DNA of 64,000 bases from positions 1-64,000 of IMG/VR virus record IMGVR_UViG_3300027833_000015; one strand, written 5' to 3'. Below, piece by piece: positions 8,520-17,731 of the stretch (position 1 is the stretch's first letter; the number at the start of each line of letters is the position of its first letter). Origin of the DNA: a virus. The notes below the pieces were generated by a model. That model worked only from the letters and a program-made list of their open reading frames with translations. It was not told the DNA's origin and made no database searches. A program made the position numbers and the translations under genes.

Positions 8520-9562
8520 TATTCAATACCCAAGTCAATTTCGGCAATCTCGCCACCGATCTGATAGGACTCTTTGACGAACGTCTTGAAGTCTGTTGTC
8601 TCAAAGATAGGTGTCCAGAACTCAGAGGTCATGGTGTCCTTCTCACGGAGTTTGCCTTCAAGCATCTCACCAGTCTCTTTGTTGACTCTTTGATACCATC
8701 CATTACTCGGTTTGATAACATAACCACCAGCAATAGCAAGATCAAGCAGACCAGACCACTGCTCAATGCCGCCACTCCAAGAAACCGACACAGGGACTTT
8801 AGACTTCTCTCGCACAAAGCGAGACTTTTCGACATTGATGATGAAATCATATCCTGTTATCTCTGTTCCTGTTTTGTTCTGACGACGACCAATGATCCAG
8901 ACGTTGTCTGCTGAGTACATGATACCAGTACCACCTGAGACGATGTCCTTCGGGAACAGACCGATCTCTTTGTATGTGTGGTTGATGGCAAGCATGGGGA
9001 TGTCTTTCATTGTAAGGTACGGAGTACACATACGGAACAAACCCTTGAGTGCTTTGGCGCGAGTCATATCTGCCACACCCTTCTCGCTCAGGGCATCATC
9101 CAGTTCCTTCTTGGATGCCATGTTGCCGATAGAGTCAATCACGATACATACCTTGTCTTTCTCGTCCAACTCTTCCAACTGGTGGATGAGGTCAAACTTC
9201 AACTCTTCGACGTTGGTGATAGGAGTATGCAGGACACGGTCGGTATCGATACCGAATGTCTCGAAGTATGCCTGTGGTGAACCAAACTCACTATCGTAGA
9301 ACAACACGACTGCGTCTTTGTGTGCACGTTGGTATGCTGCTGCCATAAGCAGGGCAAAGGAGGTCTTGAAGTGCTTGCTTGGACCAGCGAGGACTGTTAG
9401 TCCACTGACCAGACCACCATCGATGTCGCCACTCAGAGCAACATTGACCATGGGCACACCAGTATCAACCTGTACTTTGGTGCCAAAGAACTTGGAGGTT
9501 GCCAGTGGTGCTGACAGTTTGATTTTACTGTTTTTCTTCAGTTTGTCCATAATGGATGACAT
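8519..9562 (-). CDS. uvsX: RecA-like recombinase UvsX
   Basis: LAGPSKHFKT, FYDSEFG, DSIGN, SGGTG..YSAD; start reassigned to MSSIMDKLKKNS. Confidence 0.97.
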   Translation of the reverse strand: MSSIMDKLKKNSKIKLSAPLATSKFFGTKVQVDTGVPMVNVALSGDIDGGLVSGLTVLAGPSKHFKTSFALLMAAAYQRAHKDAVVLFYDSEFGSPQAYFETFGIDTDRVLHTPITNVEELKFDLIHQLEELDEKDKVCIVIDSIGNMASKKELDDALSEKGVADMTRAKALKGLFRMCTPYLTMKDIPMLAINHTYKEIGLFPKDIVSGGTGIMYSADNVWIIGRRQNKTGTEITGYDFIINVEKSRFVREKSKVPVSVSWSGGIEQWSGLLDLAIAGGYVIKPSNGWYQRVNKETGEMLEGKLREKDTMTSEFWTPIFETTDFKTFVKESYQIGGEIAEIDLGIE

Positions 9563-9563
9563 A

Positions 9564-10394
9564 TTATTCATCTCCTTTTGCGTTTGATTTGATAACTGTT
9601 TCGAGCAGAGGCAGTTGGCCATTGTGCTGCTTGACGAGGTCTGATAATGCAGAGGTGTCTTGGGTGCCAACACCCGACCAGTCTGTAGTGCCTATGCGAT
9701 GGTCAGTGACTATTGCCCTTGCTGTCATCGGAAAGTTTACCCCGAGGAGTTCCATTCCAGAGATGACCTTAGACAGTTCATCGAAGAATACACTCTTGGT
9801 GTTCAGGTATGCTTTGATTCCTTGACAGACAACCTGTGCCTCTATTGGCATGCATATATGTACAGCACCCTTGCCATTTGGGATGGTTATGTAAGAGTTG
9901 TATGAGAAGAATTCCATCAGTCCATCACACGATTCTTGCATACCACCAAGGATGATATAATCTGGATTGATATAATCATGAGAAGTATTGGTATCTGATG
10001 ACAGGTCAGGAGCATATATGAAACGCCCAAGTGCATCATCAGCGTGCAGGGTTTCTAATAGACTCATCAGTGTTTCCATAGGCAGGTCTGATTTGAGTAT
10101 GACACCAGACTTTGTCTGACGAATCAACTTCAGTACTGCATCAACGGTAGATGCAAACTCGTCTTTGCTGGTTGGAGTGCATACAAATGTCAGGGCAGGT
10201 TCTTGCTCACAGAGTTGGTCTATCGTTACATTGTACTTCGGGTCACAGAGGAAACGGTCAACATGGGGGACGAGAGACCTCTCGACTGCTGTACCCATCC
10301 TACCATGACCGACTATGCCCACAATTGGTTTATCTCCCTTGCCATAGTCAGGGTCTGTGGTCATTAGCATGGCAGGTTGGTTTTGTTCATTCAT
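9564..10394 (-). CDS. UDP-glucose/GDP-mannose dehydrogenase-family protein, apparently degenerate
   Basis: GIVGHGRMG Rossmann motif, FVCTPT, ILKS, IILGG, D.RIG; GxGGxC catalytic motif absent. Confidence 0.75.
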   Translation of the reverse strand: MNEQNQPAMLMTTDPDYGKGDKPIVGIVGHGRMGTAVERSLVPHVDRFLCDPKYNVTIDQLCEQEPALTFVCTPTSKDEFASTVDAVLKLIRQTKSGVILKSDLPMETLMSLLETLHADDALGRFIYAPDLSSDTNTSHDYINPDYIILGGMQESCDGLMEFFSYNSYITIPNGKGAVHICMPIEAQVVCQGIKAYLNTKSVFFDELSKVISGMELLGVNFPMTARAIVTDHRIGTTDWSGVGTQDTSALSDLVKQHNGQLPLLETVIKSNAKGDE

Positions 10395-10420
10395 ATGTGT
10401 GTTCCTCAACGTAGAGTTCT

Positions 10421-10449
10421 ATTATAATCGAACGGGATTGGTATGTCAA
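10421..10449 (-). promoter_or_regulatory. Sigma70-type promoter
   Basis: TTGACA-N17-TATAAT perfect consensus. Confidence 0.8.
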
Positions 10450-10676
10450 TACGGGTTTGTAACATAATAGTACATCCGAAACATCTTTCTGCGCACCTGA
10501 AAATCTTTATTTTGTTTCCGACGCCATCCGAAGTAGCAGTTGCGACGATGCTTCCTCCTGGTCATACGATTCGTCATATGCTCACGAGGTTGGATGATAC
10601 TACTCCTTTTCCCTGCTCGTCGTATAGGATTCATGTTTCTGTTTGTTCTCATATTTCTACGTGTCTGCGCTTTCAA
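10446..10676 (-). CDS. Small highly basic Arg-rich protein
   Basis: TTGA overlap with upstream stop; about 24 R/K in 76 aa. Confidence 0.4.
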   Translation of the reverse strand: MKAQTRRNMRTNRNMNPIRRAGKRSSIIQPREHMTNRMTRRKHRRNCYFGWRRKQNKDFQVRRKMFRMYYYVTNPY

Positions 10677-10912
10677 CTTATTGTTATCTCCGCTTCTGTT
10701 TTGATGACGACTCTTGCGCCACATGGTAGGATGGTGCTGTCGTTTCCACCATAGATGACTGTGGATGCACCATGTATTTCTACTTGGTGGCCATAGGTGT
10801 TGGTGCGTCCTTCCTTCACGGTGAGGACAGGTTCATTGGTTCCATTCTTCTTGTTGGAACGGATGATATGCTGATTTACATGGATGTATTTAATCGTCAT
10901 GCTTTCTTCCAT
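10673..10912 (-). CDS. Conserved phage hypothetical protein
   Basis: IHVNQH.IR.N.K.G..EPVLTVK.GR.NTYGH...L.CGARV.I.T motif. Confidence 0.8.
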   Translation of the reverse strand: MEESMTIKYIHVNQHIIRSNKKNGTNEPVLTVKEGRTNTYGHQVEIHGASTVIYGGNDSTILPCGARVVIKTEAEITIS

Positions 10913-11541
10913 ATAAATGTATCATCATAGTTGAAGTATGGGGTTTCTATATCATGATCAAGTCTAAATTCTAGCACAGCATGGCGAGTCTCCCTCTTGT
11001 CATAGTCGTGACCTATAATCAGACCACCTTGCTTTATCTTGGGATACCAAGCATTCATCTCATTCCTGAGTTGCTGCTGCGATAGGTGGGCATCAAAGAA
11101 CACGAAGTCCATTGTTCCATCTTCATACCTCTTTGCTGCTTCGATAGTGTCCACCTCGAGAATAGTTGCGCGGTCAGCACAACCAGACCAATAGATGAAG
11201 TTGATGGCAGTGTTGCGGATAAACTCTATCTGCTTCTGGTCGCGAACCATCTCACCACCACCGACATTATCTACATATGGTTCCCACTTGTCTATACCAA
11301 TCAGTTCATCGACATTGGTGCACACCTGCAACATGGTACAGAAACTGTTTGCTTGGTACAAACCCAACTCAACGCCACGGAGGTTCGGACCATGCGCTGC
11401 TACTGCAAGGACTATTGAGCGATTGCATGGGTACGTTCGTGTGAAGTCATATGTATCCATGCCCTGTGAAAAGACCGCAGGGGTCATCTGATTAGGAGTT
11501 CTCCTGTCTGTATGGGATGGTTTGCCGTATGTGTATATCAT
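10897..11541 (-). CDS. Class I SAM-dependent methyltransferase (Methyltransf_24-like)
   Basis: GVELG, IGID.W, DFVFFDAH, K.GGLIIGHDY. Confidence 0.85.
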   Translation of the reverse strand: MIYTYGKPSHTDRRTPNQMTPAVFSQGMDTYDFTRTYPCNRSIVLAVAAHGPNLRGVELGLYQANSFCTMLQVCTNVDELIGIDKWEPYVDNVGGGEMVRDQKQIEFIRNTAINFIYWSGCADRATILEVDTIEAAKRYEDGTMDFVFFDAHLSQQQLRNEMNAWYPKIKQGGLIIGHDYDKRETRHAVLEFRLDHDIETPYFNYDDTFIWKKA

Positions 11542-12200
11542 AGTGGGTACACCTTGCTGATTACTTCGGCACATGCCTTGGCGATATCCATGTGCTCGAG
11601 TTGAGTTCCGTTTTCACTGCGCAGTTCAATGTAGTGAATCCAAGAGCGCAGGGTGCCATTCATATACAGACGAGATACTGTGTTGCCTTCTGGCAGTACA
11701 CATCGTGCTTGCTCCTTTGCGATACCATGGTCGATTGCCCACTGGTATGCATTCTTCGCTGCGGTTAATACGTGGAGTTGCTGCATCTTCCAGTCTGCGT
11801 CAAGGTGTGAACCCTCTTCGAGTTCTACACTGTTCTGTCTGTTCTTCTCGTCCTGTAGGCGAGCATCACGCAACTCAAACGCTCCACCTACCAGTTCATC
11901 AACAGGATTGGCATATCGCTGACTGAACTCTTGGAATGAGAACGACCTGTGGCGCAGCATCTGTCGTGCTATGTCTCTGGTTGTTTCTATCTCAAGGCAC
12001 ATGCTGACCATTTCAAATGGCGACCAGTGGGCATTCTTCTTCAGGTAGTTCAACAACCTGTCGTTGGTGCTTTGGTTCATCTGGTTTGCTGGGTTGGATA
12101 CTCTCGCGCAGTGTGCAACAAGATCACTTATGCTGTTGTTGGTGAACTCATGGTTGAATGCATCTGCTGCTTTGCTGTAACTGATTAGTTCGACTTTCAT
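11538..12200 (-). CDS. thyX: Flavin-dependent thymidylate synthase
   Basis: HWSPFE, RQMLRHRSFSFQEFSQRY (RHRx7S), AKEQAR.VLP, TQLEH. Confidence 0.97.
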   Translation of the reverse strand: MKVELISYSKAADAFNHEFTNNSISDLVAHCARVSNPANQMNQSTNDRLLNYLKKNAHWSPFEMVSMCLEIETTRDIARQMLRHRSFSFQEFSQRYANPVDELVGGAFELRDARLQDEKNRQNSVELEEGSHLDADWKMQQLHVLTAAKNAYQWAIDHGIAKEQARCVLPEGNTVSRLYMNGTLRSWIHYIELRSENGTQLEHMDIAKACAEVISKVYPL

Positions 12201-12202
12201 TT

Positions 12203-13123
12203 TTAATCCTCGAATACATTTTGATATGCCCAGTCCAAAGCACCACCTGCTTCTCTGGACAGTGGACGGTTTTCGTACCAGTTGCCTGTTTCTTGATCGA
12301 GTTCAGTACACATCATGGCAATCTGGTCTTGTGTGATGGGATACTTCTTCTTGACTGCGTTGCATGCTGTTGCGATCATGATAGCATACATCTGCGAGTA
12401 CCAACCAGACTCGTTTACGGACTTATACTTCTCTGCCATTTTGTTCGGGAAGAACGGGCAGTCACGGTATCCACTCCATGAGAAGTTGGTGTTTGTCAGA
12501 GAGGACTTGCGATACTCCAGCACCTGCTTGCGCATCTCTGGGGACATGCGGTCGAGGAATGAGTTGCCTGTCTTCTCAACATACGGATATAAAATCTTCA
12601 ACTTACCAACAGAGATAGGTGCACCTGTCTTACGATAGAAGAAGTTGTGCGCACCCTTATAGTCTGCTGGGATATAGTACATACGCGAACTGTCTTTGGT
12701 CTGCTCATCACCGAGTTCACCGAGGTACTTGTTCAGGGCAAACCAGAACTGCTTGATCTCATCTGCCTCGACCACTCGGTCAAGGTCGAACACAATGCGG
12801 AACTTTGGTTTCTCTGGCGTGGATGACGCAGTGGAGTAGATAATGAAGTTGTGCTTCAGGGACTCGACCAGTTTGTCCACATCACCAGTGAAGTCGTCAA
12901 CGTCGACTGCTGCCCACTTGCCCCACTGAGTCACGTTCTTGTTAGACCGTGTGCTCTCTTCCACATACAGGGAAGGACTGATGAGGTATGCATCCAACTT
13001 GGTGTCAAGTGGTTGCTTGGACAGGAATTCCAACAGGGCAGTGAACTCCTCCCATGTGGCGAAGTCTGCCCGTCTGTGCGTTTTGTTATCCCAAGTGTCT
13101 TTGAAAATTGTTAGCGAGTACAT
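12203..13123 (-). CDS. Archaeo-eukaryotic primase (AEP/prim-pol)-like protein with helical C-terminal domain
   Basis: AVDVDD (motif I), YSTASS..KFRIVF (motif II region), D..TKDSSRMYY. Confidence 0.7.
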   Translation of the reverse strand: MYSLTIFKDTWDNKTHRRADFATWEEFTALLEFLSKQPLDTKLDAYLISPSLYVEESTRSNKNVTQWGKWAAVDVDDFTGDVDKLVESLKHNFIIYSTASSTPEKPKFRIVFDLDRVVEADEIKQFWFALNKYLGELGDEQTKDSSRMYYIPADYKGAHNFFYRKTGAPISVGKLKILYPYVEKTGNSFLDRMSPEMRKQVLEYRKSSLTNTNFSWSGYRDCPFFPNKMAEKYKSVNESGWYSQMYAIMIATACNAVKKKYPITQDQIAMMCTELDQETGNWYENRPLSREAGGALDWAYQNVFED

Positions 13124-13126
13124 GAT

Positions 13127-15655
13127 TTATCCGAAGAAGTCCTCAAGTGATACAGACTCTTCCTCAGTCCAACCAATCGCTTCGAGCACTGGTCGGACAA
13201 CAGCGAGGAATGCCTTGTCGAATTGTTTGTCATAGTCAACATACTTATGTAGACCAAAGTCCTCAGGCAGATAGTCGTAGAACGAGATGATGTTCTGCTT
13301 GATGTGGTTCTTTGGGTTGAGGTAGATGAACTTGATCTTCTCTCCATCCTTGATGGCAGTGTGACGCTTCTCCAGACCACCGTCCTTCAACAACTTGTTA
13401 TATGTCAGGGCACCACGCACGTGGATCGGGCATCCTTTCTTGTATACAGTATTGTGGTCACGCCACTTACCTATGTCCGACACACCACGTGGGAATGCGA
13501 CCTCATGTGGTTGTAGACCGTTGAAGTGCTTGCGGAATAGTTGTATAGCATTCTGCGTGTCCTTCTCTGTACCAGTAATCATGATCTTGAACAAACCCTT
13601 CAGGGCATCACGACAGGAGGCAGGAGTCGATGACTTGACTGCTTCAATGCCCATGATCTTCAGTTTAGGTTTCGCATACTGTACACCCTCATTGTTGTGC
13701 ACGTTCAGGATGTAGCGTTTCTTGGCAGTCCATATACCGTTGTCTGCGATTGCCTCACGACCCATCACCATCTTGTTGTCATAGGCATTCATGTATGTAG
13801 CGAGGTCTTCATATGACTTGGTGAACAGAGGCACGAACTTATCCTTGCCTATCTGGTCGAGCAACTTGACTGTCTGTGCGGTGTCGGTCAATCCCATCTT
13901 CTCGACCAGTGGACCAAAGTTCACATACAGCGAGTCAGTGTCCATGGCAACCACATAGTCGAAGTTGTCCGTACCAACTATCTTGTTCATGTAGTCATTC
14001 ACTGCACGTTCTGCCCAGCGGATAGACAACTGGCCAGACAGCGTGATTGCTTCTGCCATGCGGATGTCGTAGTATCGAAACCACCTGTTAGCGAGTGCGC
14101 CATAAAGTGAGTTCATCATAATTTTAATCGCCATTTGCTGATTGTCGAGTTTGGCGATATCTTTCTCAGCAGCAGCATCACCTGCCTCAACCTGCCCTTG
14201 CAACTTGAGCATGTTCTGTTTGATCTGCTTCCTCTCAGCATATAGACCATGAATGATATTGGGCAACACACCCTGTCCATCCTTGGTGAAGTGTACGCCA
14301 TTAGCAGCAATTGATTCGGAAGGTGATGATGAGTCGGGTCGAGTATGGTCAAGACAGTTGTCGACTGTGACACCAACAGTACGGTTGCCAGAGATAGTCT
14401 CAGGCGACATGTTGTACTGCATGATGAGGTGAGGATACAGAGAGTTCAAGTCAAACGATACCACCCACTTGTGGCGACCGACCTGTGGTTCCTTAACATA
14501 ACCACCAGCGAATGATTCGGCATCGTTTTCTTTCTTGGGAGGTACAACAACCTTGCGCTTACATAGTTCACGATATATGTAGGTGTCCCACAACTGCGTG
14601 GTTCCGAAGGACTCTTGGTAGTTACAACCACCCTTGTATGCTATGGTCATTGCCAGTTCGATCAACCCCAACTTCTCGTCAATGCGCTCAACCAACTGGA
14701 CATCCTTGATGTTATAGTCGATGAACTTCTGGTAGTCTTCCTTGTACAGCGTGTATAGGTTGCCATGCTCCTCATAGGAGAGTTTCTTCTCGCCTAGCAC
14801 CACGTTGGCGATGTGGTCGAGTTTGTACGACTCCTGTACACCAAAGGTCAGGTTGCCAAACTTCTGGAACAACTCATAGTAATCCAACTGCTCAATACCC
14901 ACCATGTCATATGTCTGCATTTCGCGACCCTTGACGTGGATGTTCTTCTCACGGACTACGTTCCACGGAGAATACTTCTTGTATGTGTCACCACCAATCA
15001 TACGCTTCGTGCGGTTGATGAGATATGGGAAGTCGAATCCGCGACAGTTCCAACCAGTGACAACGTCAGGGCAGGTGTCCTTTCCGTTCCAGAAGTTGAC
15101 AAACTTCAACAGCAGGTCGACTTCGCCAGCACACTTGATGAACTTGATGTCAGCAGGGTCAACGTCAATGTGCTTGCTGCACAGTTCAGGGTCATACTCG
15201 TCGAGCAGTGCCCAAATGTAATAGGTTGGTTTGCCATGGTACTTGAGGCAGATAGACTGGACTTCGCGGAGAGCATCAACAGGTTCAGGGAACCCATCAT
15301 CAGAGGCGACCTCGATGTCGATGTCAGCAACCAGCACCTGCTTGGGGTCAAACTGTATCTCGTTGGGGAACTTATCTTGGATGTACTGCGCGGCAAAGTT
15401 GTTATTGCCATGTGCTTCGAGGGAGTCAACATACTCATATCGTTTGCTAAACTCGGTTGCCTCCTTCATGGTATCAAAGGTGACAGGTTTGACGGATCGA
15501 CCGTCCATGGTGCTCCACTCAGTCTTTCCCGCCTGACTGGTGGTCAGATACATCACTGGGTCAAACGTGTCACGGAACTGTTCACGGACACCGTCTTTGT
15601 ACCCACGGTAACAGATGTTGTTACCGATGCGAGATATATTTGTATAGAACTTCAT
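13127..15655 (-). CDS. 43: Family B DNA polymerase (T4 gp43)
   Basis: DIEV exonuclease motif, SFDLNSLYPHL, KIMMNSLYG, DTDS, KKRY; no intein or intron seen. Confidence 0.98.
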   Translation of the reverse strand: MKFYTNISRIGNNICYRGYKDGVREQFRDTFDPVMYLTTSQAGKTEWSTMDGRSVKPVTFDTMKEATEFSKRYEYVDSLEAHGNNNFAAQYIQDKFPNEIQFDPKQVLVADIDIEVASDDGFPEPVDALREVQSICLKYHGKPTYYIWALLDEYDPELCSKHIDVDPADIKFIKCAGEVDLLLKFVNFWNGKDTCPDVVTGWNCRGFDFPYLINRTKRMIGGDTYKKYSPWNVVREKNIHVKGREMQTYDMVGIEQLDYYELFQKFGNLTFGVQESYKLDHIANVVLGEKKLSYEEHGNLYTLYKEDYQKFIDYNIKDVQLVERIDEKLGLIELAMTIAYKGGCNYQESFGTTQLWDTYIYRELCKRKVVVPPKKENDAESFAGGYVKEPQVGRHKWVVSFDLNSLYPHLIMQYNMSPETISGNRTVGVTVDNCLDHTRPDSSSPSESIAANGVHFTKDGQGVLPNIIHGLYAERKQIKQNMLKLQGQVEAGDAAAEKDIAKLDNQQMAIKIMMNSLYGALANRWFRYYDIRMAEAITLSGQLSIRWAERAVNDYMNKIVGTDNFDYVVAMDTDSLYVNFGPLVEKMGLTDTAQTVKLLDQIGKDKFVPLFTKSYEDLATYMNAYDNKMVMGREAIADNGIWTAKKRYILNVHNNEGVQYAKPKLKIMGIEAVKSSTPASCRDALKGLFKIMITGTEKDTQNAIQLFRKHFNGLQPHEVAFPRGVSDIGKWRDHNTVYKKGCPIHVRGALTYNKLLKDGGLEKRHTAIKDGEKIKFIYLNPKNHIKQNIISFYDYLPEDFGLHKYVDYDKQFDKAFLAVVRPVLEAIGWTEEESVSLEDFFG

Positions 15656-15679
15656 TCAACTCTCCATAATTTAGACTCT

Positions 15680-15708
15680 ATTCTACAGCAAACAGAATAG
15701 GATAGCAA
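15680..15708 (-). promoter_or_regulatory. Sigma70-type promoter upstream of gene 43
   Basis: TTGCTA-N17-TAGAAT-AGAGTC. Confidence 0.7.
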
Positions 15709-15709
15709 C

Positions 15710-16519
15710 TCAAAATTCATCAAATATAACAAGGTCTCTCCGCGACTGGCCATTGATACTTCTGGCGTTTTCATCTTTCGACATATCTTCAACAACATTG
15801 TCACAGTTCATTACATTTGTGTTCTTTGCAGAAGTGCAATAGAATTGTTTGACTGCTGACGGAAAGTGGTGGCCACCCTCATGAGGCAGTATAGTGGTGC
15901 CGTTTCCATATGACACCAGATCTTCTGGCCAGTATTCTTTACAGGGCATCATCCAGTCACGGTTGGGGTGTTTCCAACCCAGTACATCGTCATGGTGTAT
16001 TATACCCATTGGTCCACTGTATCTGTTTTTCGTATAAGGGAAGTTGTCAAGTAGACCAATGAACCACTGCGAATACTCCCAAGAGAGGCGATAGAACTCC
16101 ATACAGACGCCTGGAAAGAACCCGTCTACATTTCCCCATGCCATCTCATACATTGCTCTAAACGACTCCTCGTTGACGAGAGCAGCGTCATGCTCCATGA
16201 CGACGAGGTCATCTTCGCCATCTGCCATACGCTTGATCAGCATATAATGCGAGTGCATGATGGACTGATATATTGGGTGGTCATCGAATGTGCCTCCAAA
16301 GAACCTCGCCTTCAAATAATCATCTCCGTCATGTGTGACATAGAAGGGGATGGGATTTTCGTTCACTTGATAACGAATCGGAAGTGTTTTTGGTGTGGTG
16401 CATTGAACTGGGGTGATAGACAATATATCTTTCACTGGCGCGAAAGATTCAATCGACTTCTTCATATATTGGACAGAGACTGGGTTGTCAAAGTCCACGA
16501 TCATATAAGCGTTTATCAC
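15710..16519 (-). CDS. Glycosyltransferase, GT25-like
   Basis: AYMI N-terminus, SHY.L, VVMEHDA motif. Confidence 0.6.
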   Translation of the reverse strand: MINAYMIVDFDNPVSVQYMKKSIESFAPVKDILSITPVQCTTPKTLPIRYQVNENPIPFYVTHDGDDYLKARFFGGTFDDHPIYQSIMHSHYMLIKRMADGEDDLVVMEHDAALVNEESFRAMYEMAWGNVDGFFPGVCMEFYRLSWEYSQWFIGLLDNFPYTKNRYSGPMGIIHHDDVLGWKHPNRDWMMPCKEYWPEDLVSYGNGTTILPHEGGHHFPSAVKQFYCTSAKNTNVMNCDNVVEDMSKDENARSINGQSRRDLVIFDEF

Positions 16520-16662
16520 ATACCACCCGCAGGGTTAGATTATAGATTGTACCAGCATCATACAGGTTACAAACACTGTTGATGTTAATAGCGTCCATAC
16601 AGTAATGTCTCTTTTGCGCATTACTCTTTGACGATCTTCCTTGTGAAATGAATCATTCATGT

Positions 16663-17070
16663 TTACTTCTTGCTTCCTATGTTGTATTTTTGACACAGTT
16701 CCCAATCCTTTTTATCTCGGAAAGAAACTATCTTAATTTGCCTCAGTGGTGTTTTGTCTTTTGCTTGCGATGCATCCACAAGATTGACAAGACCCCAATC
16801 ACTCAGCAAAGTTGCTATGGTGTTGCGTCTACCCAAGTCTGATTCCTCAAGGTTTGCTTTCTTACCATCCAACAAGAACAATTCCTTGAAGTGGACGATA
16901 AAATAACGACCTTGCTTGTGTAGTATGTGGCAAGATTGCCACAACGTCTGCTCCTTCCTTGAAGCAACCCCAATACGGGTCAATGTTTCGCGAACCTTCA
17001 GAAAATCATCTGGTTCATTCAACGTAATCTCGAGCATATCGCTGGGAGACCAGTTCATTATATCAGTCAT
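16663..17070 (-). CDS. regA: Translational repressor RegA
   Basis: PDDFLKVRETLTRIGVAS, QSCHILHKQGRYFIVHFKELF. Confidence 0.97.
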   Translation of the reverse strand: MTDIMNWSPSDMLEITLNEPDDFLKVRETLTRIGVASRKEQTLWQSCHILHKQGRYFIVHFKELFLLDGKKANLEESDLGRRNTIATLLSDWGLVNLVDASQAKDKTPLRQIKIVSFRDKKDWELCQKYNIGSKK

Positions 17071-17129
17071 GAGATGTAACCTATTCCAAATCGTTGTTAT
17101 TAGTCAAGCACGTCAATGTGCGAGTCTAT

Positions 17130-17507
17130 TTAGCGTTTCCCTCCTTTTGACAATTTGGACTTGATAGCGGCAATATCTTCGGATGTGAATAGGTCCATCA
17201 CGCTTTCTGCCTTTGAATCACTGTAGTTGTAATACTCTTTGACGAGAGCAACGTTGTCTACAGCGTCTTTCTTCACCCACTTGCTGAATCGTTTGCGCTT
17301 GCGGATAGATGTGCGCAGGAAATCATATTGCATGCGACCATCCAGTTGATGACTACGGTTCATCTCATTGGCGAGAAGCACAGTGTCTTGGAAGTACGAC
17401 AGACCACGGTTGACCATGAATGCTGGATACTTAGACTCTTCCAGTGGATCCATTATATCTTTCTTGGTCATGTTGACGCTGTTGAGGTAATCGAATGGAT
17501 TGCTCAT
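17130..17507 (-). CDS. 62: Clamp loader small subunit (gp62)
   Basis: FMVNRGLS...ANEMN, RKRKRFSKW, EYYNYS..KA. Confidence 0.93.
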   Translation of the reverse strand: MSNPFDYLNSVNMTKKDIMDPLEESKYPAFMVNRGLSYFQDTVLLANEMNRSHQLDGRMQYDFLRTSIRKRKRFSKWVKKDAVDNVALVKEYYNYSDSKAESVMDLFTSEDIAAIKSKLSKGGKR

Positions 17508-17731
17508 CAGTGTATAGTCTCCGTGCCCTTGGGTTCTGCCAGAGCATTGGACACGTCAGTGTACAGGTCATATGCTAATGACTTACCATAGATCTTCTGT
17601 AGTGCTTGCAACTCTTCCACAGAGAATGATCGCAGTTCTACTTCCGCTATCTCTTCGAACTTGAGTAGCAGTCCAGTCAACTTCTTGAACAGAGAATGGT
17701 TCTCTTCTTCTGTCATCGGTTTGTCATCCAT
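17507..17731 (-). CDS. Hypothetical protein inserted between genes 44 and 62
   Basis: TAATG/TGATG coupling at both ends. Confidence 0.6.
   Translation of the reverse strand: MDDKPMTEEENHSLFKKLTGLLLKFEEIAEVELRSFSVEELQALQKIYGKSLAYDLYTDVSNALAEPKGTETIH

Noticed and set aside
14813-15700. Long plus-strand ORFs (also 2465-3016, 25345-25995, 29763-30473, 58778-59713)
   Set aside because: Antisense shadows of well-supported minus-strand genes or repeats; no recognisable motifs.
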